A stretch of DNA of 64,000 bases from Eledone cirrhosa (GCA_964016885.1 OZ024746.1:46686001-46750000), one strand, 5' to 3'; counted from the stretch's first letter, positions 42,480-58,017 are shown. Notes: a model not told the origin generated them from the letters alone. Numbers and translations: made by a program.

Positions 42480-45400
42480 GTGTGTGTAAATGTGATAATG
42501 AGTTTATGGTCAACAACCGAGCTTCCGAGCGGATAGCTGAATTGTTTTCTTAAGTTCCCTCAAGGCACTGTCCATTCGGGTACGTAGCCACAGCTCAACT
42601 AACAATCGACAATCAAGTTAAGTGGAGCCAAGTAAAGAAATTGGCAAAGTAGTGTTTATGTGTGCTGGAGTTCTCTGAGGCCATCGAGCGATTTCCATGT
42701 CGACCCGGTTGGAATTCATCCCAACCCAAGTGACAAAGCCTCGGAAACTCTGCTTGTAAGCGGTTGCGTATGTGTTCGTATGTGTTCAATAAACCAAACA
42801 CTGTTGACACGTTTATTTATGTACTATGCTCCACAACTTGGAGTGTCTGTAGCGGTGTGCGTGGCACATTGGTGCTGAGACCATCTGTCTACTTAGGTGT
42901 TTGTATGCATATGACATGCACAAACAGTGCGACCATTGGTCAACGTGGCGGACAAAATAAATATCAGCTGAACAAGACATAAGGGCCCGTGTGCTCACAC
43001 ACACACACACACACAATGCAACCATGCAGCGCGTGTTTGCAGGCTTGGCTGATCTTGAAGCGCTGGCACAACCACTCCACATGTCGGTATAGACACGAGT
43101 CATACACACAAACACCGCACATACAACACCGTACATACAACAGTCACAACGCACTCTCATATTCATACAACACACACATTCAAACACACACATACACACA
43201 CACACATACACACTCACACACACATATATATATGTATATGTATTATACACGGATATATATATATATATGTATGTATGTATATGTATTATACACAGATAAA
43301 ATTAAGTAAATTGAAGATGATATTCAATATATCATAATAATCATTCAACATGTATCGTGTACTAAACGTAGCTGTTGTATACAGTATTTATTTATGCACT
43401 GGCTCTGTTTCTGTAATTTTCTTGTAGATCATTGTTATCAATTCGGCACCGTACTTGATTTTAGACAGAATTCTAACCGGTCATTAATTTTAAACGAGGA
43501 AGCTTAAGACTAGAAACACCAAACTTATACTCATGCAAACAAAGATTAAGTCAGTAAATATTTGTCTTATAGATTTTATCTCCAAAATTATTTTCCATTG
43601 AATTTATGTTTAGATAAATCATTTGTCATAAATTATATGTAATGATGCGATTTCAAGAACTGTCGCCTCCAGTCTTCTTGTTGTTTAGTACAAGATTGCA
43701 GGATTTTACATAGACGCACGACCGATTTTATAAAACAACTATATCTCTCAAGAAATTTCCTCTTTAAATATATATTTTTAAAAAATGTTAATCCCATGAC
43801 AATGTAGAAACAAATCACAGGATATAAATAGAACTGAAATAATGGGGTAAAAATTTACACGGTCTCTTGACATGCTAGAAATAACAGCCAGATTTATATC
43901 ACCGCTGTTTTTTTGCTTCATTTAATGTTTTATTAAAATTAGGTTCGTGGGGATTCTCCATAAAACTTAACAGATTAGTTCATAACTGGTTAAAAATAAT
44001 AGTTATTTCGATAGCTAACATGAGCCTAATATTGTAGTTAAAATTTGGAATCTAAAACATATCTGATAAAGGAAAATAAAAATTCACCACTATCCATTGA
44101 CAAACATAATATATATATATATGTGGGGTGGTTTAACATATATAATTCTTACATACGCATTTCACTCATGGCCATGCACGTACTCCTTGTTTTTTTCCCC
44201 AAAGTTGATTCACCCTCTACTAATTGTTTGTACTCTTGCGTCGCTTGTATATTATTGTGATTACACGGTCTTCTGATGATGCTTATAAAAAAGGCTTAAA
44301 ATTAGGATACGCTGTAATCAAATGGATACACATTAGTGTAATCTTAGTTTACTCTGCCAGACGAATATTTAATGCCAACAAATTACAGCTGTTAAGAGTT
44401 AAACACTATACCTGTTAAGAGTTAAACAGATGTAACTACCCTTCAGCATCAAGGGAAATATTTCATTACGTTACCAAACATTTGAGTTACTGTAAAAAAT
44501 ATTGACAGTAAATTTGAATTTATTTACTTTAATATATAATTACGGTTGTTAAAATAAGAACATTGCCTTGTTATTTACTAGACTGTGTCTCCAAAGTCAA
44601 TATTATGAAGTTATAATGTCCCGTCCGAGAGTTACGTTCCTTGATAGATTACTTTCAAATTCTAATTCAAATTACGTTGTTGTCAGGAGAATTCAGTAAT
44701 CTTGTTTTGTGTTTCTTTAGTTAGTTATATGTTGTTTATTGGATGATTTAAACAAAAACTGTGGAATAAATTTTATGTCGTTGGAAATAAGATAAGCTTA
44801 AAGCTTCGAACAGAACAATTCATCGGAGATAATAGAAATAGCTACAAAGAAACCTATGTAGACATAGGAAAACACACGTACAGATGCACAGACACACACA
44901 CACATACAAACAGAGAGAAATACACATACACACACTAACACAGAGAGGAAGGGAGATACACACACAGATACACACACACAAACACAGAGAGGAAGGGAGA
45001 TACACACACAGATACACACACAGATACACACACACAAACACAGAGAGAAAGAGAGATACGCACACACACACACACACGCACTCACACACACACATGCACA
45101 CACACATATATATTTATTAATGAAATAACACATATTCTAGGAGAAAAACATTTCAATATGTCTATTTTGAGGTCTATAATTACTAACCATGACATATATC
45201 ATAAACACTTTCCTTACGCATTTAGCGATTTAAGTTAAGATGTTTAGAGCTACGATATTAGTTTATTTGACAAGTATGGAACGAATTTTAACTATTAATA
45301 AACCACACAAAATATAAATATATGTGAAAATTACTCATAGCTAGTAGGCCATACATCCCGTTTCTGATCATTACATTTATTGACTGGTTTCTTCCGCTAT

Positions 45401-45482
45401 CATGGGAAAAAATGAAGCGATGAAATAACAGTTTATCACTATGCAAACATTCCATGTCCTTCACATTCGTATATATATATAC

Positions 45483-45567
<85 letters not shown>

Positions 45568-45594
45568 GTGTGTGTGTGTGGGGGGGGCGTGTGT

Positions 45595-45850
45595 GTTTTG
45601 CAAGGTTTCTCATCTGAAAACGTGTGTTGAAACATATTATATTTTGGTAGGGTCAGGTTGATGCTGTCATGCTGCCAATACAAACACACGTACCTGTTGG
45701 ATTTTACTTCAATTTGTTACAAACCTCCAGTCGATTAGTTTAATATCCGGATGGTTGTTTATTTGTGTATTGTCAAAGCACTTTCGTCGCACATTCTGTG
45801 ACCTCCTCAGAGACTAATTTGTTATTTTGTGCCTTACCTTGTTTCTGTCC
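45595..45850 (-). mobile_element. Degraded pLTR with a degenerate hammerhead
   Basis: Similar to 56950-57230; minus strand CUGAGGA-GGUCACA...UGCGAC-GAAAGUGCUU. Confidence 0.7.
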
Positions 45851-46679
45851 AAAACCAACTTGTTTTTGTGAGCACATTTCTCACAAAAACAACAAAACGA
45901 CCCTGTATCCTGCACCCCTCCACATTGAGGTAAATTTGTCCAGTCTGAAATTCAGCCTCATTACTCTCACCAGTCTATGAGGTGTTGAAAAATGTATGAG
46001 TTCTGATAGTCTTCTTCTGACTAACTAGAACAAGAAATTATATTTAATAAAAAGAAGTAAATTATAGCTTTTCATTCAGGTTGTCGAAAGCCAAGAGCAA
46101 ATATTCTTAATATTCTAGAGAACAATGAATTAATTCTAATACATAAAACTATTCATTGTTATGAGACGGATGTTTGCTGAGTTACCTTAGAATAATACAG
46201 TTAGTATTTCGTCATAATATAAACACTTAGATTTATGAAATACCATTTGGAAAACAATCGTCTGAAATACCAAAATTGATTCTGTAAAACATCACGTACA
46301 TTTCACTGTATCTCAGTATTTCTTTCCTCACCATCATTACTTTATAAAATATCAATTGTATAGAATGCAGTCTAAGATACAATGCAACATATGTAGAAGC
46401 AAAGAATTCGAGACATTTTGGCGTCCGTTTGTACGTCTAATTCGCATATTAGTGGTGTAAGTGGAGTAACAGGAAAAGTGTAAGCAATTTGAAAACCAGA
46501 TATATTAATTTACGCCAGCTGAAGGTAATTCACTGAGGAAATAATGTTATCACAATTGTTTTTCAAATCATTCATCACCTTTAGAATATCAGAACTAAAA
46601 TCTTGTAATTATCTTTCAAATATTTATTAATCTTCAAATATCAAGTGTAGTGTATTCCATTACAGAGAAGTAACAAGAC

Positions 46680-47825
46680 ATGAAATATGAAATGCAGAGA
46701 ATTTGGAATCGCCGCAAAATCGTTTTAATCCTAATTCTAATTAGTTCCTGAGGAACTCTGGCTAGAAATTTGAAAGGTTGTTGGAACATGTTGGATATAA
46801 AAGTGAATATCCTGAATCTATTGAAGGCTTGTTTGCTTAGCACAGCAAGGACTATAAGAACGGTGCCAGACACTTACATCTGCAGGTGACAGCTTCATGC
46901 CTAGCCATTTAAATACCAGTAAAAGACCAACAAAATGCTGAGTAAAGAGGAAATGCTGAGTATCTTAAAGGCCGAGTACCTTAAAACCACAGATGACTGG
47001 TTGATGAATATGGTCGCAGATCACGAAAGGAAGATGGAGTTACATTCAGACACCATGAAAAGTAGTAAGTTTGCGGAAGAATTGGGAATACAGATGGCAA
47101 ATCTGCAATTAAAGCCGTTAAGAATATCAAATTGTTGGCAAAACATGTAGACCAACAGAGATGGGAACAAAGACCAAGTGGGCAGTATGTTCTCCTAGCA
47201 AAGAACCTAGTTTTAATCAAACTCACACCCAGCAAAACATTTGCTATTGATCTCATGACTAATATCCATCCTTGACAGACCGAGATAACCTTGGCAACTG
47301 TTGTTGCTAAGCAAGTAAAATTAATGGCGAAGAAAAAAAGGCATGAACAATTAACATCGAGGTTGCAGCATAAACCTCTGTATGATAAATATGTGGCCAG
47401 TAGCAAGTAAGCTAATGTTAACCAGAAATACACCCGTCAATAGATACGTAGGTCAGGGCTAGAGGCATACAGTGAAGACTTCACCTTAGCTGTTCAAGAT
47501 CAAAGCTTATTACCTCGAAACTATCAAACCAATGTGATGATAAATGAAGTAGATCCAAAGTGCCGATTCTGCAATGATCATATTGAGACAGTGAACCACT
47601 TAATCTCTGGATGTAAGGTTTTAGCACCAATAGAGTATAAATCAAGGCATGAAAGTGTTGGTCAATATCTACACTGGTTAATATGTCGGCACTATAAAAT
47701 TAAAGATGCTGACAGGTGGTATAAGCATTAATCTGAGGCTGTAACTGAGGAAGAAAATGTAACGATTCTTTGTGACTTTCCTGTACATACAGACAGAACC
47801 ATCAAAGCTAACATAACGGATATTA
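46680..47825 (+). pseudogene. Decayed R4-like LINE C-terminal fragments (CCHC finger, start of REL domain)
   Basis: KCRFCNDHIETVNHLISGCKVLAPIEYKSRH...LHWLIC, followed by a DFPVHTDRTI-type motif. Confidence 0.78.
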
Positions 47826-47841
47826 TTTCCCTTGTGCATTT

Positions 47842-48415
47842 ATTTTATCGACCCCCGTAAGGATGAAAGGCAAAGTTAACCTCGGCCGGATTTGAACACA
47901 GAACATAAAGGGCCGTAACTATGCTGCAAAGCATGGTGTCTGGCGCTCTACCGATACTGCCAAAATAATTACAATAATAATTGTTTCTAGTATAGGCACA
48001 AGACCAGCAATTTTGGGGGAAGGGAAAGTCGATTAAATCGACCCCAGTGCGTGACTGTTACTTTATTTTCTCGACCCCATAAGGATGAAAGGCAAAGTTA
48101 ACCTCGTCGGGATTTGAACTCAGATCATAAAGCGTCGTAGCTCTATGCTGCAAAGCATGGCGTCCTACCCTCTACCGATACTGCCAATCCACCGCCCTGA
48201 TAATAATGGTTTCTTATTTCGGCACAAGGCCAGTAATTTGGAGGGGAGGGGAAAGTCGATTAAATCGACCCCAGACTGGTACTTTATTTTATCGACCCCC
48301 ATAAGGATGAAAGGCAAAGTTAACCTCGGCGGGATTTGAGCTCAGATCATAAAGGGCCGTAGCTTTATGTTGCAAAGCATGGCGTCCGACCTTCTACCGA
48401 TACCGTAAATCCACG
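47842..48415 (-). mobile_element. Three head-to-tail SINE copies
   Basis: Family motifs near 47850, 48070 and 48290. Confidence 0.85.
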
Positions 48416-48452
48416 GCCCTGATAATAATAAAAATTATTGTTATTTCTTTTT

Positions 48453-48489
<37 letters not shown>

Positions 48490-49202
48490 TTTCATTTATT
48501 AGCCACAAGGGCCGACATGTAGGGGACAATACAAAGACAGGGACAGTGGGGGTTTACAATAAGGTCGAGTAAAAGTGCACAATGGCAAGACTAATTTAAC
48601 AATGAAAATATAAAAATATAAAATAAACTATGCAAAATATAACAAAATAAATTCCCCGATAGGGGGTGGACGACCCTGGGGTGATTCGTGTACCCCACCA
48701 ATCCTGAACCACCCTGCGCTTCTAGGGCACCCAGGAGAGCACCCCTCTCCTCAAGTTAGCCAGCCTATAGGCGCATGGTCAGAGTAGGCCCATTCACACG
48801 AGCCATTCTCGCCACATTCACCCACCTTTTAGCAAATGTACTGGGATAATAATAATAAAGGCCAATGATACAAGGTTCAGTTGAATGTAAATATAATAGA
48901 AGTGCAGCATATTGTACACTTACAGAATTTAATAATCATAAATTTAATGTATTCGTCTAGATATCGCTCAAGCCGTTGATATACTGCTGGTTACCTGTTG
49001 TTGTCCACTTCCTACTTAACGACTCTATGCACCAATACGGCTTGCGAATACGCTGAAGTAGACAGCTTTATTTTAGCTGCTATACAAGTTAACAGCACTA
49101 ATTTGAAAGCATAGTTCGGAAGTAAGAAACCTCAGCTTCAGTGAACATCATACACACACACACACATCCCCTGCCACCTCATCTTACTGATATAAACAAA
49201 TT

Positions 49203-49301
<99 letters not shown>

Positions 49302-49814
49302 GGGAGAGATGACCCCTTAGCCTTTGTCAAGGCAGAATTCTAGGAGAAGGAAAACTCTGATATAACACCTGCAACTCTGATGGTATCCAATGATGTTGAC
49401 TTGTTCTTCTTTTTGGTAAATATCATCTTGGTTAAGAGAGTGGGACTGGCTTTGTGCAGTGTCTTTGCTCACTATAAAAGCTTCACGGCACAGGCATTGC
49501 TTTATATCTGGAGATCTCCCTGCACTTGTCGTCACATGATACCATGGGCCCAGCACTAAGTGTCAATAATTGTCACAAGTGTAGTGTTTGTACCAGAGTT
49601 TTCAAGTCGCTGGCTGGACTAAAAAGTCACACTCGTTCAGCGCATCGATAGGGGTTCTCCTACATGGATATAAAGTAGTGGCCGTACTCGAAAACGAGTT
49701 GGCAGCCACCATATATATATATATACGCATGTACATATGCTCGTATAGATGTGTAAGTACACACCTATACAAACATGCGGTATTTGCAAACATAAATATG
49801 AAAACGGCTGTCAC

Positions 49815-49865
<51 letters not shown>

Positions 49866-50454
49866 CATATGTAGGAATTCACAACAACATACATTCATTC
49901 ACACATTGATGCATGCACATATATTCATATATTTATACACACATACACGTATACATATAGATACAAAAATACATATATGCATATATAAATGCAGTTCCGT
50001 AGATTTCGATGATGAATTTTCCAGATGTTTTATTAAGCGAACTGGTTACTCATTAAAGTAAGTTGTAAGTGGCTGCGTATTCCAGACACAGACACGCATA
50101 GCACCGTAATTCGCGGGCCTTTGAATTACAGGTACATCTTCCGTTTATTCCCTTTCACTCATCTTGGGTAAATCAAGATTCTATGGAGTGAGACAGGACT
50201 CGGAACATCACGATAGAGAAGCGTACTTCTTAAACGTAATGTCCCACAGTTATTCTATTTTTTTAATGGAACATTTCTTTAATAAAATCTTAAATGAGTA
50301 ACTACATAAATGAATGACTATAAAATAATAATAAAAACATTTCAAATAATTAAAAACGGAAAAGGAAGGGAAATGCAAGGGTTCCTGGGCCACAGAAAAA
50401 TGGGAGGGGGAAGGGGGCGTCTAGGTTCTGTGCCTAGGGCTCGGCGGTATTGGC

Positions 50455-50665
50455 GCTGCAACCCGTGGACAATGACCAGCGACATCGGCTGCAACAACTA
50501 CCCCATCTCGCGTGGCTACCTCCTCAGACGGGCTGTTGACATTCCGATCTTGCAGAGGAGCTCAGCAGAACGGGCTCCGAGTCCGTCTTCAATCGATGCG
50601 AAGTGGAAACGGCCGGACAACTCCCGGTATTTCTTTGTTTTCCCTTCCTCTGCATCATAAGCGAG
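50455..50665 (-). pseudogene. CRE-like endonuclease fragment
   Basis: Manual minus-strand translation AYDAEEGKTKKYRELSGRFHF...GARSAELLCKIG...PREM..LLQ fits the AE..K..KY..L motif. Confidence 0.62.
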
Positions 50666-50810
50666 ACCTCTTCAACCAGATCTACTCTCTGACTCATCTT
50701 CCCAATCCTCAACGCAATATACCAAGTGTCTTCAGGTTGCTATTGACAACATGCCCGAAACGTATATACATACATACATACATACATACATACATACATA
50801 CATACATACA

Positions 50811-50843
<33 letters not shown>

Positions 50844-50972
50844 GTGTGTGTGTGTGTGTATCTATGTCTGTGTGTGTGTAAGTGTGTGTGTGTTAAGTCA
50901 GTTTCTAATTGCCAATCCAATGTTACTGGGCATAAACACCGGTATAGACGGAAACACAGACACACACACACA

Positions 50973-51030
<58 letters not shown>

Positions 51031-51622
51031 TTACATATATACATACACATATACACATATATAGACGATAGAGTTTCACGTAATAAGCCGAAAACATTAA
51101 TTAGCTTAGACTATCTTTCGAACACGAAGACAAAAAACGCTCTTTGTGGGTGTTCAATAAAACAGCAAGTAAGCGAAATAACTGCAACAATAACAACAAT
51201 GAATCCAAGCTTTGTTAATCGAAGCCAATACAGTAAGAGTTGGGTCTTATCTGAGAGCCAACTGGTGAAATCAGCAGTCATGTTTAGTTAGATTTTGTTA
51301 GATTATTTCGCGATGCATATTCACCCACAGTGCATGGATATAAATTATCAAATACACATGAGAAAGATGAAAGTGTAATCCCGTATATTAATTATAAATA
51401 GACCTCCGGCGTATATTTTCCACAATGCATCTATGATACATTTTTCCTCTTTTAATTATGAATATACATAATCGGCATCATTAATCTCGAATGTATTCCA
51501 CTTGCTTTCAGTCATACAACACTAAACCAACTGAGGGGAGTATGCGTCGCTGATAAAATCTAATAAGATTGAAACGTACTCGCTGCTTTTGTCAGTTTAG
51601 GTTTACTATTAAATTTGTAGAA

Positions 51623-51745
51623 GCGGTGAATTGGCAGAGTCATTAGTATTAATTTCGGCTCTCTGAGTTCAAATCTCGCCGAGGTCAAATTTGCCATTCA
51701 TTCATTCGTGGTCGATAAAAAATGTACCAGTCAAGTACTGGGGTA
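51623..51745 (+). mobile_element. SINE, degenerate
   Basis: TGGCAGAGTC, GAGTTCAAATC and GTCGATAAAA..GTACCAG motifs. Confidence 0.72.
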
Positions 51746-53204
51746 GATTCCTCCTCTATATCTCTTTGTCACTTCCTTTACCTCATTTTCTCTATATTTC
51801 TTTGTAAGAAATCTGCTCTATTCAGACCTGGAGAGAAGATGGGCTCCGCCAGGTTTACAAAATGCCCTAGAAACGCCGTATGTCAATATGGTGCCCCTAC
51901 GACTCCCCATGAAATACGGGTCCGTATCATACCATTAAATTTGTAGATTATTTAAAATTCTTTAAATTTAATTCGTTCTCATTTAGATAAGAGAACTCAG
52001 AGTGTGCATTCTAGAAACAAATTATTCAAAACTTTCAATATATCCACAATATATACTGTCATCCTAACAGTGCTATAAAGAAGATTGTTTTATATGTTCA
52101 TTTAAGACGATCTACTATACTTTTATTTGAAGAGGATTTTGTCAACGCATCGAACTAATACAACGAATCATTCAGAAGAAGCATTGGCACAGAAAAATTA
52201 AAATATAAGCCGAATATAGTTTTAGTACCTATTGGACATGGAAAGGGACAGTTTACGTCGTATAACCCACCGTTCAATATCCAAGTAATTAAACCGTTTC
52301 TTGAAACACCCTCTGAAACAGCTTTGTTAAAACCATAAACACAAGGTTCTATGTATCAAAAATATTGAAATTTCTTATTTAACCACACTTGTGAATTCTA
52401 ATATTCTATATTCTAAAACCATTGTTTAATACTAAAATACTACTAACATTAAGTGCACGTATTAATATTATTTATTATGAAAAAATTGTTAGGCCAAAAT
52501 AGTTCATTTTGCCACGAACAATGACTATTCACTTTCAGTCTAAAATTTAAGTATAACTGTTAACCTATGCTAAATATATTCTACCATTCACATAAACCTT
52601 TATAAACCAGCAAAGAAAGGTCTATACAGCACGATCTACCAACGTAATTTCTAATATTAACTGAAAAATTCTACTGCTGCTGAAAATCCTGCAGTAATGA
52701 TGAACATTTAAGTTAATTCTGACTGTGGATGACAGGAAATTATTTTTTCCAACTCCCACTTATTTAACTTAGAACTGATTTAATTTTGCATATATAGGAT
52801 CTTTAGAAACAAACAATTTAATAAACGCATTGTTCTTGATATAAATTTCGATTGTCTATTTTACCAAATCTATTATCAATTTAAAAATATGTATTTATGA
52901 AAGTAGATTTTCGAAATTAATGCGTTTATAATCCGTTAGAATATTTCATACATTCAAACATATATTAAACTACTCTAAAACATATTTACATACATATATA
53001 CATACATGCATACATACACATATACATACATAAGTACGTATGTAAGCATGTATGTGTATATGTACAGATGGATGGATGTATCAATGTATGTGTGTATGAA
53101 TGTATATATGAATATGCATATGTATGTAAGTGCATTTGTAGAAGAATGCTTTTTTCCTGTTCATACATATTTTCGTAACCCCATATTTGGTTGCAATATT
53201 CATT

Positions 53205-53280
53205 ATTACGGGGTCGATAAAATAAAGTACGAGTAATGCACTGGTTAATTGCTGGCCTTGTGCCAAAAGTAGAAACAATT
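53205..53280 (+). mobile_element. SINE 3' fragment
   Basis: GGGGTCGATAAAATAAAGTAC...GGCCTTGTGCCAAAAGTAGAAACAA. Confidence 0.78.
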
Positions 53281-53998
53281 ATTTTTATAAGCATTTTTTA
53301 CTTACAACCATTCTTAAATTTCACTGGTTCTTGTATCTCCAGAGTTTATATTAATTAAAAGAGGGAGGGAAGAGCAGTATCCATAGAACTTTTCAGGGCC
53401 ACGGAGGTTGGTGAGAGGAAAGGAAGAAATTACCCTAAAACAGTGGTCTGAAAGCTTGAACAGAATGAACTCCGCTAAAAACTTCCAAGTAGAACGTAAC
53501 AGGATTTAAAGGAAGAGAAGAATCGGAACGAATACCGCAAAGTGACTAGTCTCGGAACTCAAACAGTTGTAACAAATACCGTAACATATTTCGTCCTTCT
53601 TTGCAGACTCGTGAATGTATATCGTTTCAAATTAAAACAATTATTTATTTGATTTAGTAACTCAATTATTATCATTTCGAAATTTCTTATTAGATTGTTT
53701 CAATGTACAATAATATTCTTTATCAAAATAATATTAAACTTAGTTGACTTATTATTATCTGCATAAGATGAATGTATAGATAATGAAAAACATATTACCC
53801 CTTCTCATATGCTTTATTGCCCATTGTCTGTAAATCTTCTAAATTTTACATTTAAATTATTTGAAATGAAACGTATACAGTTTGTTGCTAAAATAAACTT
53901 ACAATACGTTTTCAGTATTTGTAGTTAATTTTATTTCAATTTCAATTCTATTACACACACACACAGACACACACGCACACACACACACATACATACAA

Positions 53999-54029
<31 letters not shown>

Positions 54030-55224
54030 ATCATTATATACAAATTTATAAACTTAATTTCTTTAACAAATCTGGTATTTCGATGTATGTCTATATAACT
54101 ATTTTTATAAAATAATTTCATATCAATATTATGTTAAATTAGATTAGCATTAACCTAGTAATACCACGTTTATTCACAGCCGACCCATTACTGCTGTTAC
54201 TATCGACCAGATTCCTATATATATTAATCGTTAGAATATTTATACAATCAAATATATATTAAAGTTTTTTCCACTACACATGTCCCTACACACATGCATT
54301 CACAAATATATTCTTTTCAAGTGATATTCATCTGGTTTTTATTTTTGGCGTTTTTTTATATATACTGAACAAAATCTCATTTTCGACACTTATATTGGAG
54401 TTTTACATTAACCATTATCGATAATCGTACATCGCCCATTACATATATTTGTTCCAGTTTATTTTAACTTGTATATATTGACAAAATTACTTTTTTTTAC
54501 AATTTTAGTTCAAAATGTTTCTAATATTCTACAAATATATATCGACATAAACCAATGTTTATATTATCTGTTGTATCATTACGATACTTATTTTGCATGT
54601 CTGTGCAATCAATTCCTGCTCCTACATTTCACCTTTCTCATTCTTATAATCTCTCACCATTAATAACAAACCAACATTTACAGCTACCACTTCTAATGAG
54701 AAACCCCCTATGTGATAATTTAACATACTAGAAATCGAAGCTAAACCCCTCTCAAATTACATCATTAAAAAAGAAGTACTACTTATAATATATCTGACCA
54801 AAAAGCAAACAAATAATGATTGGATAACCAGAATTGGAAAACCTGAGTAAGATTTTCCAATTCTGGTAAGTAACTTCGAGATAAACAGCATCGAAAACAT
54901 TTCTAGCATTTTGAAAATGATTTGCTTGGTGGAGAAGATTTGTTTTGTATTTTTCATGTTATAAAACTCTCAGGGTGTAAGGCGAATATTTGGAATTTAA
55001 TACCCAATATCAACAAACAGCCTATATTTTCTGTTACCTGATCATTATACAGTGTAGAGGAATGATTTTCCTTTTACAGACCATACAATATCTAAATGAA
55101 TGAAATAGCGAACACCTGCATTGGTGGTCGTAAGGTTGGTAACGCACGTCATTCCATACATAGTGTCACCATCCGATTTTCTTATTAGTTACTCTCTTTA
55201 AAAATCAAATCTTAATGATGGATT

Positions 55225-55612
55225 GTTATCATCAGCAGCATCAATTATCTTTATTTTCATCGTAAATTATCCTCATCCTCATCTATGTCGTCATCCTTTT
55301 CACCATTGTCTTGATTTTCCCCGTCGTCATCATTAACAAAATAATCATCATCACCATCAGAGCCACCACCATCACCACAATGATCCTCCTCATCGTCACA
55401 ACACCCCCCCCCCTCCCTGTCATCACCTTCTTCATTGTCGTAGTAGTAGTTATTATTATTATTACGACCAACAGCACGACCGCTATCGTCATCATGACAA
55501 TCGTCATCATATATGTATATCTTAAATTATCTTCTTCATCTTCATCATTAACAACAACGTCATCCTTTTCGCCTTCGTCTTCATTTTCGACACTGTCGTC
55601 ATTAAGAAAATC

Positions 55613-55646
<34 letters not shown>

Positions 55647-56060
55647 GCTACACACGCCCCACCACCACCAACAACAACTCCACCACAATCGTCGTCGTCT
55701 CTGTTGCTATGGTAGTCGTTGTCATTATAATTATTACAGCGAATAGCACGATCGCCATCTTCCTCTTCCTATTCCTCCCCTTCCTTCTCCCCCTCCCCCT
55801 TATTAACATTATCACTCCCTTTATGTACTCTCACACAAACAAAACAAAATGTTAAGGGTGTTCGATCAGTTTGTTAATGGTATGACCTCTACATGTACCC
55901 TCAAAACAAAGACAGTGAGGAAAAATTCTTCATCCTTCCTTTTCTTGTCCTCCTCCTCCTCGTTTTTCTCCCCCTCCTTCTTCTTCTCTCCTTCCTCCTC
56001 CTTTTTCTTATTATTAAAATTCCTTTTCTTCTTCTTCTTCATTCCCCATACTCCTCTGCT
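55225..56060. repeat. Low-complexity trinucleotide region (CAT/CAC/TCC/TTC)
   Basis: Directly visible. Confidence 0.85.
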
Positions 56061-56304
56061 CTTATTACTACACAATTATATTCTTTTCCCCCCGTAATGA
56101 TATGATGAAAGAAGATATTCTGTAGGAAAAGGCTTTAGAGTGAAATAATCCTAAATAGAAATGAACGCGACAGACAAATTCAGTTTCATGCGGAAGTAGA
56201 ATTATTGCTACTAACTGTTTTAATAAATATATAGCAATTATTATCCTTGGATAATGTCAGTTTTTCTTCATGTGTTCCACTTCCAAGAGAGGTTTCGATA
56301 TATA

Positions 56305-56401
56305 CAGTGTGTCCTCCAAAAATGTATACCCAGTTTGATTACCTGCACAGTAAATATTTATTAGAATGCTGAAGTGAGTATATATTTTTGGGGACATCCT
56401 G
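56305..56401. mobile_element. 97-bp Tc1/mariner-like MITE
   Basis: TA|CAGTGTGTCC..AAAAATGTATAC ... GTATATATTTTTGGGACATCCTG|TA imperfect TIRs with TA flanks. Confidence 0.6.
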
Positions 56402-56890
56402 TATTATATCTATGTGTAAGAATATAGTTATGCGGACCTCCGTCGATTTCGACAAGTGTTCCAGTTGTTTGATCATTGGAACAGCCTGAACTAAAGGTTA
56501 ACGTGCAAATGGCTGAGAATTCCACAGACACGTGTATTCATAACGTGGTTAGGGTTGAGATTAAGCGTGACACAGTCTGTAAAAAAAAGTGGAATTTTGA
56601 ATTACAGGTAAAGTGCATCTGATGGGCTTCGAAATAGTTTCTGTCTACCCGGATTCACTCAAAAGACTGGGTCCGATCCGAGACTAAAGACACTTGCCCA
56701 ATATGCCACCTAATGCGATCGAACACAAGACATTGTGATTGGGAAGCAAACTTCTTAACCATTTGGCTATGCTGCGTTTACATGTAAGTACATCTGACTC
56801 TCTCTCCCCCCCTCTCTCTCTATCTCTCTCTCTCTCTATTCCTGTATATATATGTGTGTGTGTATGTGTGTGTGTGTGTTTGCACATATA

Positions 56891-56929
<39 letters not shown>

Positions 56930-56933
<4 letters not shown>

Positions 56934-57505
56934 CGTTTCTGAATTTGTTTAGCAAGATTCTTTATCTGAAACCGTGTGTTGAAACCGATATTGTTATACT
57001 TTGGGAGGGTCATGTTGCCAATAAGAAACACACGCACCAGTTGCTTTCACTTCAATTTAATTTATTATATATTTATAAATTTACAAATTTATAAATTTCT
57101 GGTTGGTTGGTTGGTTCCACAACCAGATAGTTGTTTATATATATATAGTCACAGTTCTTTCGTCACACACTCTGTGACCTCTTCAGTGACTGGGGATTTG
57201 ATTTCTTTCTTCGTTTCTGTGCCTTTCCTTTCTTCTATCCTACGCCATTTTGGCGTAGGATAGAAGAAAGGAAAGGCACAGAAACGAAGAAAGAAATCCC
57301 CAGTCACTGAAGAGGTCACAGAGTGTGTGACGAAAGAACTATGACTATATATATATAAACAACTATCTGGTTGTGGAACCAACCAACCAACCAGAAATTT
57401 ATAAATTTGTAAATTTATAAATATATAATAAATTAAATTGAAGTGAAAGCAACTGGTGCGTGTGTTTCTTATTGGCAACATGACCCTCCCAAAGTATAAC
57501 AATAT
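56930..57505. mobile_element. Near-perfect palindrome of two pLTRs from a sister PLE family
   Basis: Arms meet at CCTACGCCA-TTT-TGGCGTAGG (57239-57259); shares the ATGACCCTCCCAAAGTATAACAATAT ORF start with the intact PLE. Confidence 0.9.
57302..57346 (+). ncRNA. Minimal type I hammerhead
   Basis: AGUCA-CUGAAGA-G-GUCACA(GAGUG)UGUGAC-GAAA-GAAC-UA-UGACU. Confidence 0.8.
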
Positions 57506-57971
57506 ATATATATATATATATATATATGCATGTAGCTTCTTGCATTTTATGTATGCTTGTATGTAAGTATGTAAGTGTGTGTGCATGTATGTATATGCAT
57601 GCATATACAGGTGTGATTTACAAAAGAGATGGCATCGCAGTTGCAAATCAAGTCATTATCCTTCTTTATTGCATCCCGATTTAATTAGCTTCTCAAATTA
57701 GCCAGCATGTTTTAATTGACATACATGTCAAGATCTTGAATCAGTGCTATCAGGCAATAATGGCTATATTGTCATTGCAGAAGATGAGTAAATTAGTTGA
57801 CCATACCCATCTAGTCCATAAACCACAATGTAGGTGACAGAATACAAATTATCGGCTAATCCAAATAAATGCAGTTCGGTTATCCGAATGAGTATGAGGT
57901 TCACATAATCCTGGTTTATTTGGTCCAATTATTTGAATCATGTCAGCTACTGTGTGAATGTATATATATAT

Positions 57972-58016
<45 letters not shown>

Positions 58017-58017
58017 G

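Noticed and set aside
55283-56105. Ser/Thr/Lys/Glu-rich short ORFs
   Set aside because: Products of trinucleotide low-complexity DNA
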